Source: Methanobacteriota archaeon
Lineage (GTDB): Archaea > Thermoplasmatota > Poseidoniia > Poseidoniales > Thalassarchaeaceae
Length of the DNA stretch: 64,000 bases
Assembly (NCBI GenBank): GCA_016845345.1
Contig: JAERSV010000085.1
Coordinates: forward strand, 17,832 to 81,831
Direction: 5' to 3'
Shown here: in pieces, positions 1 through 10,338 of the stretch
How positions within the stretch are numbered: position 1 is the first letter of the stretch
How the letters are laid out: every line of letters starts with the position of its first letter
The notes under the pieces: generated by a model
Databases searched by the model: none
Told to the model about the DNA's origin: nothing
What the model saw: the letters and a program-made list of their open reading frames with translations, nothing else
Translations under genes and position numbers: made by a program

Positions 1-1594
1 TCAGAGAGTTGTTGAGACCAACAGACACCTCACTCGTTGAATTGTTCAAATCTGTTTGGGGAGGGTCATCATTTTCTTCTTGTTGGTTGGTGGTTATCCA
101 CGGCACTGAAATAAATGTAAGCGTTTGATTCACCGTATCGTTCGCGGAATAAATAATTCTGCCTGAATTACTAATGGTAGCAATAGCATCCGGAACCGGA
201 ATCAAACCATCTCTTGCATCTTCAAAAGAGCAATGATGATTATCCCATGTCATGGTACTTCTATTAAGTGATACGAACCCCCTATTGTAGGGTGTAGAAT
301 CATTGCCTCCATTAAGAGAACAAATTGGATCAATTATACCGGAAATATTTTCGCCACCTTCACCATTTGAGAATGAACCACGAGTCGATACTATTGCCAC
401 GGTGCCATCATCCAAATGGAATACTGAATCAAAAGTAGAATAAAAATCCCAATTATAGCCTTTAACACGTGGAGCTCTGATGGTTTCAACTGTATTATTT
501 AGATAATCAAATAAGATTAGATTATTCGCACCAAGAGGTAATTCATTTGACCCAGAATTATTGACTATCATATTTTCCACATGATAACCTTCTGCAACAG
601 TATCTAGGGAAATCAAAGCCGTATTTGCTTTGAAACTGAAGTGGCGAATTCCAATCATCGGCCAGCCCTCGCCACCAGTTATTCTCAATAATGGGGTAAT
701 TGATACATTAGATTCATTTAAGGTAAGTTTGATTAGTTCTTTACCAGTGAGTTTATACAATAAATCAAGGGATTCTGATATAATCTTAACATCTTCACAG
801 AATATGAGTAATTCTAATGAAGTTTTGTTGGTTTTTGTAGCAGTAATATCACAAATAGGCCCTTGGCCTTGAGTATAACCGAAGAATAACATGTGATTCC
901 GTTTAGAACCGCTTTCATTCAGAGGATCTATCGTTATATTATTTGCATAAAACGGATAATGATTCTCATCATCAATTCCAAATGCACTAACGTGTGAAAT
1001 AATAACAGGAATAGGTGCTCTATATTCGTTAGAAACGATGGTGCGCAATATTGGTTTATTAAATTCTGGTGAATCAATTGTGTGCAGTTGGTTGCTATTG
1101 TTATTATGGAACAGTTCTAAGATGATATGTGGGCCATATCTGAGAGGTTCATCATGCCAAATGAATCTACAATTACTTGAAATGAATACGTGAGTACGGT
1201 CGGAGTATTGCCGAATTATATCAGGTGAAATTCCGCAAAACATCCGTGAATTGTTCATCTCATTTACAAATTGAATTGATTCTGTAGCTATCAAACTTAA
1301 ATTATCTGAGAAAAGCATAATTTCAAGGAAATCCTCTTGGATTGAATAACAAACTATTTTTTTTCTAATACAATTGAATCCATCTTGAGATGAAGAGTTG
1401 ATTGTGGTGTTGAAAAACAGACGCTCGTAAAATCCAATTGATTGATTGGGATAATACTCATTGAGAGGCGAAAACTCAGTAGATAATCCTAGTCCAAATT
1501 CTTCATCCGTAGAAAAGTAATCACTGAAGGTAAGTCCTAGAAGAAGAATAAGCAACAGGCTGGCTGTTTTCTTCTCCTTTCCTGTTCGTGCCAT
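1..1594 (-). CDS. Secreted/anchored protein of unknown function (partial; 3' end beyond left window edge)
   Basis: ATG at 1594 opens MARTGKEKKTASLLLILLLGLTFSDYFSTDEEFGLGLSTEFSPLNEYYPNQSIGFYERLFFNTTINSSSQD... Hand translation stays open for more than 70 codons. The frame is absent from the ORF track, consistent with it running off the edge. A basic N-terminus plus hydrophobic core looks like a signal peptide. It starts 9 nt after the stop of the upstream co-directional gene. I recognise no family. Confidence 0.6.
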   Translation of the reverse strand, partial: MARTGKEKKTASLLLILLLGLTFSDYFSTDEEFGLGLSTEFSPLNEYYPNQSIGFYERLFFNTTINSSSQDGFNCIRKKIVCYSIQEDFLEIMLFSDNLSLIATESIQFVNEMNNSRMFCGISPDIIRQYSDRTHVFISSNCRFIWHDEPLRYGPHIILELFHNNNSNQLHTIDSPEFNKPILRTIVSNEYRAPIPVIISHVSAFGIDDENHYPFYANNITIDPLNESGSKRNHMLFFGYTQGQGPICDITATKTNKTSLELLIFCEDVKIISESLDLLYKLTGKELIKLTLNESNVSITPLLRITGGEGWPMIGIRHFSFKANTALISLDTVAEGYHVENMIVNNSGSNELPLGANNLILFDYLNNTVETIRAPRVKGYNWDFYSTFDSVFHLDDGTVAIVSTRGSFSNGEGGENISGIIDPICSLNGGNDSTPYNRGFVSLNRSTMTWDNHHCSFEDARDGLIPVPDAIATISNSGRIIYSANDTVNQTLTFISVPWITTNQQEENDDPPQTDLNNSTSEVSVGLNNSL

Positions 1595-1603
1595 TTTATC
1601 ACT

Positions 1604-3328
1604 CTAAAATATTCTTAAGTATGTGGAATGTTGATTACTTTGAATGATTTGTACTGAATAGGGGGTAGAACCCGGGGGGGTTGCAAGGTTTGTCGGAATA
1701 CAACCAGCCGCAAAATCATATTCAACATCATGAATTGTATAGATGGAAACGGTGTCTGAAGACCAATATTCATGTTCGGTTAAATTCATGTGCACCTTGT
1801 AATTATTATTGCTATATGGGAGGAAACTGGTGTATGTTTGATGAGATTGACTATTGAAATTATCTGTTCTTGAAAAAATCACACCCGGAACTGAATTAAT
1901 CGAATATGTAAGTGTTGAATCTAATTCCCATACTAAACTAAAATACTGAGGACACTGATTTGTATTTGCAATAGTTGTAAATCCAGTCATGTAATTCAGT
2001 TCCGGGTGGTGCGGCTGTTCTTCAATAAATCCTGTAGGGGAGTGTGGGCTCATTACGTTGTGTCTTATTGAATTCTGAGGGTGAGTAGTACCAATAGTCG
2101 GCATCTGTCGAATAACCACGTTGGGAATAGGTGTTAAATTAGAATAACTAAATTGTCCAAATTCTACCCAACCGGTAGTCATACCGATTGCTTCGACGGG
2201 TAGTGTATAATATGGTGAAGGAGTTAATACCCCGTTTTTATCATAATCCGCGTATGCGCCGTCTGTATATACTGGCCTCCAATCAGTTGAACTAATCACG
2301 ATGTGCGGAGGTGACATACTTGTACCCAAACCCGAAATCACGCGCCCTCGTGTTTCAATGATTAACCAGTCACCATAATATGTTGAAGGAAGTTGGTAAT
2401 CTACCCCATCAAGAAGGAAACCATTTGTCTGGGTTGTACCAGGATTGACTCCGAGGACTAATTTGTAACCAACCTCACCTGCTACATTGTCATAAGACAG
2501 AGGTGTTGTTCTATCGTTTGTTAGAAGGCGCGTCTCAACTTCAAAATGATGGTTGTTCGCTATACCCGCGGCAGAATGGGTGAATGGATGTGATTGAAAT
2601 TCGTAGTCTATCCAGGTCAATCGGTCTATGATTAGAGAATTACACCATGATTTAGATGAACTAATTACGATTGGCATAGTCAATAAGGGATTAGTACTCT
2701 TCACAACAATTCTTGAATCCACGAAAGGTGATGTTTGATTATGAGGTTGGCAATCATATCTTCCAGGAGGTCTCCCAACTGAAGCATATGTTCTGAGAGA
2801 TTCTCGAGTTCCGAGAATTGAGGGTGAATTTTGATTACCATTCATTGGGCCCCAATCCGAAAGCGCTGATGAAGTGTTGTTATGGGTTGATACATAGAAA
2901 GGAGTGGCTCCTACTTCCCAGCCATAATAAGGACTAGATGAGCCTAAGATAAGGGAGAATGGAATTGTTTTAATCGGGTTATATGGGAATATTACCTGCT
3001 CTTGAAGAAAGTCACCATTAGTCATATCAATTAGGTAAATTACTACTCCAACAGTATATCCTTGAGGTATTTGAACACCCCCGCAATGTACTAAATTGCC
3101 ATTAAAAGCCCCTCCTGATACATTATATTGGAGTTGTAGCCTTGATGGAATATCACAAACAGTCTCATACTGAACCGAAGATGTATGTGTTTGATATTGC
3201 GCATCTGACATTCCTAACTCAGATTGAGGAAATACTTCGGTTTGATTATTAATAACTGGATTTGAAATAATAATTATGCAAACCAGTAAGATAGAGTATC
3301 CCCTCATTTCCATAGGCAGGTGATTCAT
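1604..3328 (-). CDS. Secreted Asn/Ser/Thr-rich protein of unknown function
   Basis: 574-aa ORF. The N-terminus MEMRGYSILLVCIIIISNPVINNQ resembles a signal peptide. There are many N-x-S/T sequons. I see no catalytic or known domain motif and no C-terminal TM segment. Confidence 0.65.
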   Translation of the reverse strand: MNHLPMEMRGYSILLVCIIIISNPVINNQTEVFPQSELGMSDAQYQTHTSSVQYETVCDIPSRLQLQYNVSGGAFNGNLVHCGGVQIPQGYTVGVVIYLIDMTNGDFLQEQVIFPYNPIKTIPFSLILGSSSPYYGWEVGATPFYVSTHNNTSSALSDWGPMNGNQNSPSILGTRESLRTYASVGRPPGRYDCQPHNQTSPFVDSRIVVKSTNPLLTMPIVISSSKSWCNSLIIDRLTWIDYEFQSHPFTHSAAGIANNHHFEVETRLLTNDRTTPLSYDNVAGEVGYKLVLGVNPGTTQTNGFLLDGVDYQLPSTYYGDWLIIETRGRVISGLGTSMSPPHIVISSTDWRPVYTDGAYADYDKNGVLTPSPYYTLPVEAIGMTTGWVEFGQFSYSNLTPIPNVVIRQMPTIGTTHPQNSIRHNVMSPHSPTGFIEEQPHHPELNYMTGFTTIANTNQCPQYFSLVWELDSTLTYSINSVPGVIFSRTDNFNSQSHQTYTSFLPYSNNNYKVHMNLTEHEYWSSDTVSIYTIHDVEYDFAAGCIPTNLATPPGSTPYSVQIIQSNQHSTYLRIF

Positions 3329-3440
3329 TTACCAATATTAAGAATAGTGGTGAATTGTTTGATAAATGTCTATCATAATATTTGACACTGAAAACAATGA
3401 AGGAAGCAAAAATGGAAACTTTGAGATGGTTTCACTCATT

Positions 3441-4484
3441 TTACTCAACGGTTATTTCGGCTGTTGGTACGGCTCGAATCCAGCCAAATTCATCAACACC
3501 TGCTTGAACTTGAATAGAGGTTAGCAAGTCATACAGTTCTTGAGTCACAGGTCCAACCTGATTATTGCAATAAGATGTACAGATTTCACCTTGGCAAATA
3601 GCACCGATTGGTGAAATCACTGCTGCCGTCCCAGCACAGAAGCATTCGTCAGCCTCTAAGACAAATTGAATATCCACTTTTTCTTCCCTAACTTCGTATC
3701 CTCTGTGTCGTGCTAAGTCAATAATGCTCGCACGTGTTATTCCTGGGAGAATGGTACCCGTAAGTTCAGGTGTGTAGATTATTCCATCCTTAACGCAGAA
3801 GAAATTGGCTGCACCCACTTCTTCGATGTATCTGTGATGAACAGCGTCCAAATAGATAATTTCAGCAAACCCATCACTTTTCGCATTCTTACTAGGCATC
3901 ATGCCAGGCGCATAATTCCCGATTGCCTTGACCGCACCTGAACCCCCAGGGGCAGCGCGGTGGAACTCGTCTGAAACTTTCAGTGCAATAGGGTGCATAC
4001 CTCCTTTGAAGTAAGGACCAACCGGACAAACATAGATCATGAAAGTGTATTCAGGTGAAGGTGCTACTCCAAGAATCGCACCTGTACCCCAGAGAACTGG
4101 TCGAACATATAGTGCACCTTTTCCAGTCGGTGGTACCCAACGTGCATTTGCCGCTACAACTTGTTCAATAGCATTGAGAAACATTTGTTCCGGTATTGGT
4201 GGCATACCTAATCTTCTCGCTCCATCAGCTAGACGCTGAGCATTTCGCTCGGGGCGGAACAGAACAATTCCACCATTGACGCCGCGTTGGGCTTTCATTC
4301 CCTCAAACAGCCCTTGGCCGTAATTTAGGACTCCAGCGGCTGGTGAAATTGTGATGTCACCATAAGGCTCTAACTCACCTTCCTGCCATTGCTCACCTTG
4401 TTTACAAGTTGAGCGATACATCATGTCAGTTGGTGTGAAACTAAAAGTCATGGAGTCCCAATCAATTGACACATCATTACTCAT
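3441..4484 (-). CDS. ilvE: Branched-chain amino acid aminotransferase (fold-type IV PLP enzyme)
   Basis: BCAT-type blocks occur in order: NYGQGLFEGMKA, GIVLFRPERNAQRL, GALYVRPVLWGTG, AVKAIGNYA, NFFCVKDGIIYTPELTGTILPGITR. The track start is TTG at 4490; the first ATG is at 4484 (MSNDVSIDW). Confidence 0.9.
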   Translation of the reverse strand: MSNDVSIDWDSMTFSFTPTDMMYRSTCKQGEQWQEGELEPYGDITISPAAGVLNYGQGLFEGMKAQRGVNGGIVLFRPERNAQRLADGARRLGMPPIPEQMFLNAIEQVVAANARWVPPTGKGALYVRPVLWGTGAILGVAPSPEYTFMIYVCPVGPYFKGGMHPIALKVSDEFHRAAPGGSGAVKAIGNYAPGMMPSKNAKSDGFAEIIYLDAVHHRYIEEVGAANFFCVKDGIIYTPELTGTILPGITRASIIDLARHRGYEVREEKVDIQFVLEADECFCAGTAAVISPIGAICQGEICTSYCNNQVGPVTQELYDLLTSIQVQAGVDEFGWIRAVPTAEITVE

Positions 4485-4609
4485 TTTCAATCACCTTTGC
4501 CTGCCCGCGGCGGCTCATTCAAACCCCAAGACGTGGACTCGGTTATCAACCGTTACCCTTTTTCGGGTTGCGAGGGTTCTTTGGGCTCTTACCATGTCGG
4601 GTGAATTGG

Positions 4610-7270
4610 ATGGTGCTTTCAACTGTGCAAAGTTGCGTGGTGCAAGGCTCCTACATGGGGAGAGATACCGACTCAGGCCCTGAAACAGTGATTGAGTTGT
4701 GGTGCCGTGCGCGCGAGGGCCATTCCGTTCTATTATTGGTTACTGGAGTACGGCCGTGGCTTGAAATATCAGTTCCCGGAAGACCGACTACTCCAACAAA
4801 CCTTGAAGATTTGTTGGGCCAAGTTAGGGCAACAAAAGGTGTCACAAAAATACACGAACCAGTTGACAAGTGGTCAGAAATGGGCGTGAAGCCACATTGG
4901 CGAGTTGAAGTCTCTCAGCCATGGGCCGTTTCAACTGGCCCAAAAGTAAGGGAGCAATTAGAGCGCGATTGGACCGTGACAAGTGCTGATATTCCCTTCA
5001 TTAATCGCTTGTTTATGGACAATGATATCGGCCCACATATTTCTACGGAAGTTGAAGTCTTGTGGGCCAGTTCAAATGTTCCAGATACTTTGTTAGAAGA
5101 AATACCCGAATCAGAAAAGGGTGATTCAGGAAGACTTCAGGCTGCGGATAAAATTCGTGAGATTGGTGGTTCAGGACTTTATCCGGTTGACTTGATAGCA
5201 ACTTGTGACTTTACAAAAGTTGTACGCTGTGAGCCATTTCCAACACCTTTTGTCTTGATGTCTTTTGACCTTGAGACATCAATTGTTGAGGAAACTATTC
5301 TGTGTGCAGCAGCAGTTATCCAGCAAGGTGACAAAAGGCAAACTCATCAGTATCAAGGAACTGAAAAAGAAATTCTTGCAGGACTCAGTAAATTGGTCAG
5401 AGAAACTGACCCAGACATAATTACTGGCTACAATATAGATAATTTTGATTTGCCACGTTTGCAAGCTCGTATGAAATCTCTTGCCAATAAGAAAGATTTC
5501 TCAAGTGGAGCATATTTGTTCGGCTGGGGTCGAGTACCGATTATTGAGAGTGAAGCAAAGCGATTGAACCCTAGCCGTGATTCAAACCGCAGAACTTGGC
5601 GAATTCATGGCCGCTGTGTTCTTGATGCTTGGTGGCAGGCAAGGATGGTTTTGCGGCCAAAGCGTGAGACTCTCAAATATGTCTGTAGATTGCTTTGGCC
5701 TGAAAACGAAGAATTACAAAAGATGGATGTTGATGCATCTCAGATGGATAAAGAATGGGCTGAAAGACCAGATGTTGTAATGGAATATTGTGTTCAAGAT
5801 ACGATTTTGCCATTAGAAATCTTGAAAGAAATATCCGCAGTCAAGAGAAAAGAAGCATTAGCATCTGTAGCAGCGGTTCCCCTAGAAGTAGCGATTTCAG
5901 GAACCACCTCACAATGGATTGATAGCCTTGTCATTAGAATAGCAGACAGAGAAAACATTGCGGTACCTCGAACAAATAGGGGTGGCCGTGGGGAGCAAAT
6001 TGTTGGGGGTTATGTGCACGAGGTTGAAGCGGGTGTTTCCCGTTGGATCGCCGTGCTCGATTTCAAATCAATGTACCCTTCAATCATGATTTCAAACAAT
6101 ATTTGTTATACAACAAGAATTGACAAAACCACCCGCCCCGATGAAGTCCCAGAATCTGGTTTCCACGAATCTCCACTCGGAGCGAAGTTCCTACCGGTGG
6201 AAACTCGTCGAGGATTAATTCCCCGCCTCCTTGAAGATTTGATGCAGTTACGAACCGACCACAAGGCTGCTCTCAAAACAGCACAAGAGTCAGGTGACAA
6301 AGTAGCAGAGCAATTCAATGATGAAATGCAATACGCGGTAAAAATTCTAATGAATTCATTTTACGGAGTTTTTGCCTCCAAATTCTATCGTTTCACCCAC
6401 GAAGATTTGGGTTCATCAATTACCGCTTGGGCAAGGTCCAACATTAAGGATATCATCACTCAACTCGATGAAGAAGGAAACCATGTGGTTTACAGTGACA
6501 CTGACAGCGTGTTTGTAGAAGCACCTGTCAGAGAAGATGCTCCCCTCAAGGAACCTGATGAGGGAGAGGACCGTACTGCTTGGGATGAGGCATCAAATGA
6601 ACTTGTCAAATTTGGTGATGAATTAGCAGACCGCTTCACCAAAGAAGGGGCCGAACTAGAGTTTGAGACTGGGCTCTCATCTTTTTTTAGTCACGGGGCG
6701 AAAAAGCGCTATGTTGGTCAAGTAATTTGGCCAGAACCAAAACTGCTCATACGTGGTTATGAAGTGAGAAGAACAGACTCCTTCACCTTACTTACTGATG
6801 CGATGACTGAACTTTTTGAGATGATTCTTGATGGTGAATCAGACGCCGCGGTCAATATGTGTATTTCGTTGATTAAGAAAGTGAAAGATGGTAATGTCGC
6901 ACCACGAGATTTGGTGATTAGTAAATCATGCAAAGGAAAAGTTGGCGCTGGCGGAGTAATAGACTTCTCCAGTGCATATGTAAATCCAGATAGGATGGTA
7001 CAGGTTAGAGTAGCTAAACAGCGTATTACTGCAGGACTCAATTTCACCCCGGGAATGAAAGTTGGATGGTTGGTGACCGATTTTAGCAAAAGTCCGATGC
7101 AGGTTGCCGCTTGGCTAGAGGATGAAACCGGGGTTGAACAAACTGAATATGACCCTGAATTCTATGTCAAACGCTTGGCTACAGCCCTCGGCCGCATCAC
7201 CGAAGCATTTGGCTGGAGCGGTGAAGATTTAATCAAAGGCAACCGACAAGCAAATCTTTTCAGTTTTTGA
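4610..7270 (+). CDS. polB: DNA polymerase, family B (archaeal PolB)
   Basis: Motifs appear in canonical order: Exo I FDLETS, Exo II YNIDNFDLPRL, Exo III YCVQDT, Pol A LDFKSMYPSIM, Pol B KILMNSFYGV, Pol C YSDTDSVFV. The track ORF (4466) overlaps ilvE on the other strand. ATG 4610 (MVLSTVQSCVVQGSYMGRD..VIELW) fits the usual archaeal PolB N-terminus. There is no intein-sized insertion. Confidence 0.93.
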   Translation: MVLSTVQSCVVQGSYMGRDTDSGPETVIELWCRAREGHSVLLLVTGVRPWLEISVPGRPTTPTNLEDLLGQVRATKGVTKIHEPVDKWSEMGVKPHWRVEVSQPWAVSTGPKVREQLERDWTVTSADIPFINRLFMDNDIGPHISTEVEVLWASSNVPDTLLEEIPESEKGDSGRLQAADKIREIGGSGLYPVDLIATCDFTKVVRCEPFPTPFVLMSFDLETSIVEETILCAAAVIQQGDKRQTHQYQGTEKEILAGLSKLVRETDPDIITGYNIDNFDLPRLQARMKSLANKKDFSSGAYLFGWGRVPIIESEAKRLNPSRDSNRRTWRIHGRCVLDAWWQARMVLRPKRETLKYVCRLLWPENEELQKMDVDASQMDKEWAERPDVVMEYCVQDTILPLEILKEISAVKRKEALASVAAVPLEVAISGTTSQWIDSLVIRIADRENIAVPRTNRGGRGEQIVGGYVHEVEAGVSRWIAVLDFKSMYPSIMISNNICYTTRIDKTTRPDEVPESGFHESPLGAKFLPVETRRGLIPRLLEDLMQLRTDHKAALKTAQESGDKVAEQFNDEMQYAVKILMNSFYGVFASKFYRFTHEDLGSSITAWARSNIKDIITQLDEEGNHVVYSDTDSVFVEAPVREDAPLKEPDEGEDRTAWDEASNELVKFGDELADRFTKEGAELEFETGLSSFFSHGAKKRYVGQVIWPEPKLLIRGYEVRRTDSFTLLTDAMTELFEMILDGESDAAVNMCISLIKKVKDGNVAPRDLVISKSCKGKVGAGGVIDFSSAYVNPDRMVQVRVAKQRITAGLNFTPGMKVGWLVTDFSKSPMQVAAWLEDETGVEQTEYDPEFYVKRLATALGRITEAFGWSGEDLIKGNRQANLFSF

Positions 7271-7376
7271 TTAATTCTCAAAAGTCTGTTTTGGCTGGTG
7301 AAATGTGTTCAAAGAAAGCGAATATAATCTATACGCATTACCGAATGGTTGATGATAGACCGCCACCCGGTATAGC

Positions 7377-8546
7377 ATGATGAAGAGACATAACGTTAGT
7401 TCCAAGGTTCTCGTTTTGACATTACTTCTAGCGGCAATAATCCCGGGTTGTTTAGAGTCATTCAGTTCTAATTCTGCACCATCTGCTTCTTTTTCGTTAC
7501 AAGAAAGTGGAACTTTGAAGGCAGGTATGTTACTAAATTTTGATGCTTCAGCATCTTCAGACCCAGATAATGATGATTTGACTTTTTCTTGGAATTTTGG
7601 TGATACCAACATTGCGACAGGAGAAACAACATCTCACACATATAGTTCAGAAGGAGATTATACTGTCAAGTTATCAGTATCGGATGGAGATTTTGCAACA
7701 GAGAAAACGATGTCGCTGAATATTCTTTCAGAGGATGCCGCAACCCCAATCGCAGAAATCCTCACAGAAAAGGATGACGATTGTGATGACGACCCCCCTT
7801 CTAGTTCAGGAACTTATATCCTCATTTGGATTTGTGATGATACAATGGATGAAGGGACTAGGGATTGGGACCCAGAAACCACAGTAACCCTAGATGCAAG
7901 CGAAAGCAGAGCTGGCGGCACAGAAGCTTGGTTAGTTTCTTGGAAGTGGGACCTCAACATCTACATTGACAGTGATGGAGATGGTGACAAGACCAACGAT
8001 GATGATGCTGATGGAGAAACCTACTCCTGGACCACACCACCTGGCGAGTGGAAGGTACGCCTCACAGTAACCGATGACCAAGGAATGACCTCAACCGAAG
8101 AGACTTGGGTATATGTTAATGCACGCGCAATTTGGAGCGATTTAGAGATTGGGCGTAACAATTCTGCTGACAACCCGCGTCAAGAGTTCACTGCCCCACT
8201 AACATATGATTTTGAGAACTCCCAAAAATTGAATCAGTTCAAGACTAGAATCGTTTATCCAAAAGAGGACCCGGGGATGGGTTGTGGACAAGCCTGTAAT
8301 CAAAACAATAGAATGGACCTCTATTTCTACAATGAAACTGATGAAGAAGTGCGCAACAGTAGTGCAAATTCAGATGAGCAACAAACAGACTCCGACTGTT
8401 CTTCAGATAATTATTGTTTGACGATGACTTCTAGCACTGGAGATTTCCGAAATCATTTGGATGGAACTTGGTTGGTTCAAGTGTTCAATAAACAGCAACA
8501 TAACGCGGAAATTATTGAAGTACAGATAATTCTGAAATATAAATAA
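7377..8546 (+). CDS. Secreted (possibly lipid-anchored) protein with two PKD-like domains
   Basis: The N-terminal signal carries a lipobox-like LLLAAIIPGC. A classic PKD block is present: LNFDASASSDPDNDDLTFSWNFGDT...HTYSSEGDYTVKLSVSDGD. A second, looser one follows: VTLDASESRAGG...WKVRLTVTDDQGMTS. Confidence 0.8.
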   Translation: MMKRHNVSSKVLVLTLLLAAIIPGCLESFSSNSAPSASFSLQESGTLKAGMLLNFDASASSDPDNDDLTFSWNFGDTNIATGETTSHTYSSEGDYTVKLSVSDGDFATEKTMSLNILSEDAATPIAEILTEKDDDCDDDPPSSSGTYILIWICDDTMDEGTRDWDPETTVTLDASESRAGGTEAWLVSWKWDLNIYIDSDGDGDKTNDDDADGETYSWTTPPGEWKVRLTVTDDQGMTSTEETWVYVNARAIWSDLEIGRNNSADNPRQEFTAPLTYDFENSQKLNQFKTRIVYPKEDPGMGCGQACNQNNRMDLYFYNETDEEVRNSSANSDEQQTDSDCSSDNYCLTMTSSTGDFRNHLDGTWLVQVFNKQQHNAEIIEVQIILKYK

Positions 8547-8564
8547 GGAAATTCGCGTCTCAGT

Positions 8565-8579
8565 GTCCCTTTTAGGGAC
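8565..8579 (+). terminator. Small hairpin downstream of the PKD gene (GTCCC-TTTTA-GGGAC)
   Basis: A perfect 5-bp inverted repeat (6 bp if the T-A pair closes) lies 19 nt after the stop at 8546. Its function as a terminator is only inferred. Confidence 0.3.
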
Positions 8580-8659
8580 CTTATCAGGGAACCATTAATC
8601 TGCGAGTGGTTCAAATAGGGGTGGTCAGTCGGCGGGTCACTCAAAGGAGTGTATATACC

Positions 8660-9949
8660 ATGGGTTCACAATGGGAAGATAAGAGCAAGGATCACTTGAA
8701 CATCGTTTTCGTAGGTCACGTTGACCACGGAAAATCGACCACAGTAGGTCGTTTAATGCTAGATAGCGGGCACATCGAGGCTCACATTATTGAGAAGTTC
8801 GAGAAAGAAGCAGCAGAGCGTGGAAAGGCGGGATTCGGTTTCGCTTACGTTATGGATGGATTGAAGGAAGAGCGCGAACGTGGTATTACCATCGACGTAG
8901 CACACAAAGAATTCTTCACCCCTAACTATTACTTTACAGTCATTGATGCGCCTGGTCACCGAGATTTCGTCAAGAATATGATTACCGGTACCAGCCAAGC
9001 AGACGCAGCAGTTCTGAATGTTGCAGCAAACGATGGTGTCAACGCACAAACAAAGGAACACGCTTTCTTGGCTAAGGTTCTAGGTGTAAAGGAACTAATC
9101 GTAAACGTCAACAAGATGGACATCTCTGGTGTTGATTGGTCACAAGATAAGTACAATAGTGTTGTTGAAGAAGTCAAGGGATTACTAAGAATGGCTGGTT
9201 TCAAGCCTGATGATATTCCATTCGTCCCATGTAGCGCACTTGCTGGTGACAACGTATTCAACAAGAGCGACAACACTCCATGGTACTCCGGACCAACTCT
9301 GTTTGAAGCAATTGATGGTGTGCAATTGCCACCAAAGCCAATTGACAAGCCACTTCGTTTGCCAATTCAAGACGTTTACAAGATCGGTGGAATTGGAACC
9401 GTTCCAGTTGGTAAGATTGAAACTGGTACTCTAAACGCTGGAAAGACTGTACAATTCAACCCTTCAGAGAAGAGTGCTGAAGTAAAGTCAATCGAAATGC
9501 ACCACACAGTTGTCGACAAGGCACAACCTGGTGACAACGTTGGATTCAACGTTCGTGGACTTTCAGCAACTGACATCCGCCGTGGTGACGTTGCAGGATA
9601 TACAGACAGCCCTCCAATGTACGTTCGACACGATGAGACCTTTGTCGGTCAAATCCAGTTGATGGATATCCCTAAGGCAATTGGCGCTGGATACACACCT
9701 GTATTCCACGCACACACAGCACAAGTGGCTGTTCGCTTCGCTGAACTTCTTGAGAAGACAAGCAAGGGTCAGAAAACCCCTAACCCAGATTTCCTAGTAA
9801 CTGGTGATGCATGTCTAGTACGTTTCGCACCAACCAAGCCAATGGCGATTGAGGAAGCATCAGTATTCCCTGAATTGTCTCGCTTCGCTATTCGTGACAT
9901 GGGTAAGACCGTGGCTGCTGGCGTTTGCATGAAGATTGAGAAAAAGTGA
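8660..9949 (+). CDS. tuf: Translation elongation factor EF-1 alpha (aEF1A)
   Basis: GTPase motifs GHVDHGKST, DAPGHRDF and NKMD are present, with full-length EF-1alpha architecture. I moved the start to ATG 8660 (MGSQWEDKSKDHLNIVF), which is preceded by AAGGAG at 8644-8649. The track start is GTG at 8606. Confidence 0.95.
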   Translation: MGSQWEDKSKDHLNIVFVGHVDHGKSTTVGRLMLDSGHIEAHIIEKFEKEAAERGKAGFGFAYVMDGLKEERERGITIDVAHKEFFTPNYYFTVIDAPGHRDFVKNMITGTSQADAAVLNVAANDGVNAQTKEHAFLAKVLGVKELIVNVNKMDISGVDWSQDKYNSVVEEVKGLLRMAGFKPDDIPFVPCSALAGDNVFNKSDNTPWYSGPTLFEAIDGVQLPPKPIDKPLRLPIQDVYKIGGIGTVPVGKIETGTLNAGKTVQFNPSEKSAEVKSIEMHHTVVDKAQPGDNVGFNVRGLSATDIRRGDVAGYTDSPPMYVRHDETFVGQIQLMDIPKAIGAGYTPVFHAHTAQVAVRFAELLEKTSKGQKTPNPDFLVTGDACLVRFAPTKPMAIEEASVFPELSRFAIRDMGKTVAAGVCMKIEKK

Positions 9950-10000
9950 TTACCTAACTTTGGAGAACACTGAGAATTAAATTCACAGGTCGGTCTCTTC

Positions 10001-10333
10001 ATGGCAAGCATCACAGCAATCAAAGTTACTGGTATGAACCATGTTGATGTTGATAGTTTGTGTGATGGTATCAAGCAGATTTCAGACCAAACAGGCGTCT
10101 CAATGAGAGGCCCAATACCGCTACCAACCCGCCGCTTAGTAGTTCCATGCAGGAAAGCACCCGATGGTGAAGGATGTGAAACATGGGACCATTGGGAAAT
10201 GCGAGTTCACAAGCGTTTAATCGAGTTGGAAATCAATTCAACCAAAGATGAAGCAGTGCTTGCACGGGTTGTCCACGGGTTGGAAATTCCAGATACTGTA
10301 ACCATTGAGATTACTCTCAGAAATGTCAACTGA
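10001..10333 (+). CDS. rps10: 30S ribosomal protein S10 (uS10)
   Basis: The 110-aa sequence contains RGPIPLPTRRL...HKRLIELE, typical of uS10. It lies directly downstream of EF-1alpha, as in the conserved archaeal tuf-rps10 pair. Confidence 0.9.
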   Translation: MASITAIKVTGMNHVDVDSLCDGIKQISDQTGVSMRGPIPLPTRRLVVPCRKAPDGEGCETWDHWEMRVHKRLIELEINSTKDEAVLARVVHGLEIPDTVTIEITLRNVN

Positions 10334-10338
10334 TTAAC

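Noticed and set aside
630-872. 80-aa plus-strand ORF (TTG start) inside the left-edge region
   Set aside because: It lies antisense within the long open minus-strand frame that starts at 1594. It is low complexity, has no motif and has only a TTG start. It is most likely a shadow ORF.
4466-4609. N-terminal 48 codons of the track's PolB ORF
   Set aside because: This extension overlaps the ilvE start on the opposite strand and encodes a Cys/Arg/Phe-rich sequence unlike any PolB N-terminus. The ATG at 4610 gives the expected beginning.
4610-7270. Inteins in PolB (and in aIF5B, 30867-32672)
   Set aside because: The spacing between polymerase motifs A, B and C, and between the GTPase motifs, is normal. 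There is no insertion of 130 aa or more and no intein block signature.
7271-7612. 113-aa minus-strand ORF
   Set aside because: It overlaps the signal-peptide region of the well-supported PKD-domain gene and the polB-PKD spacer. It has no motif and is a shadow ORF.
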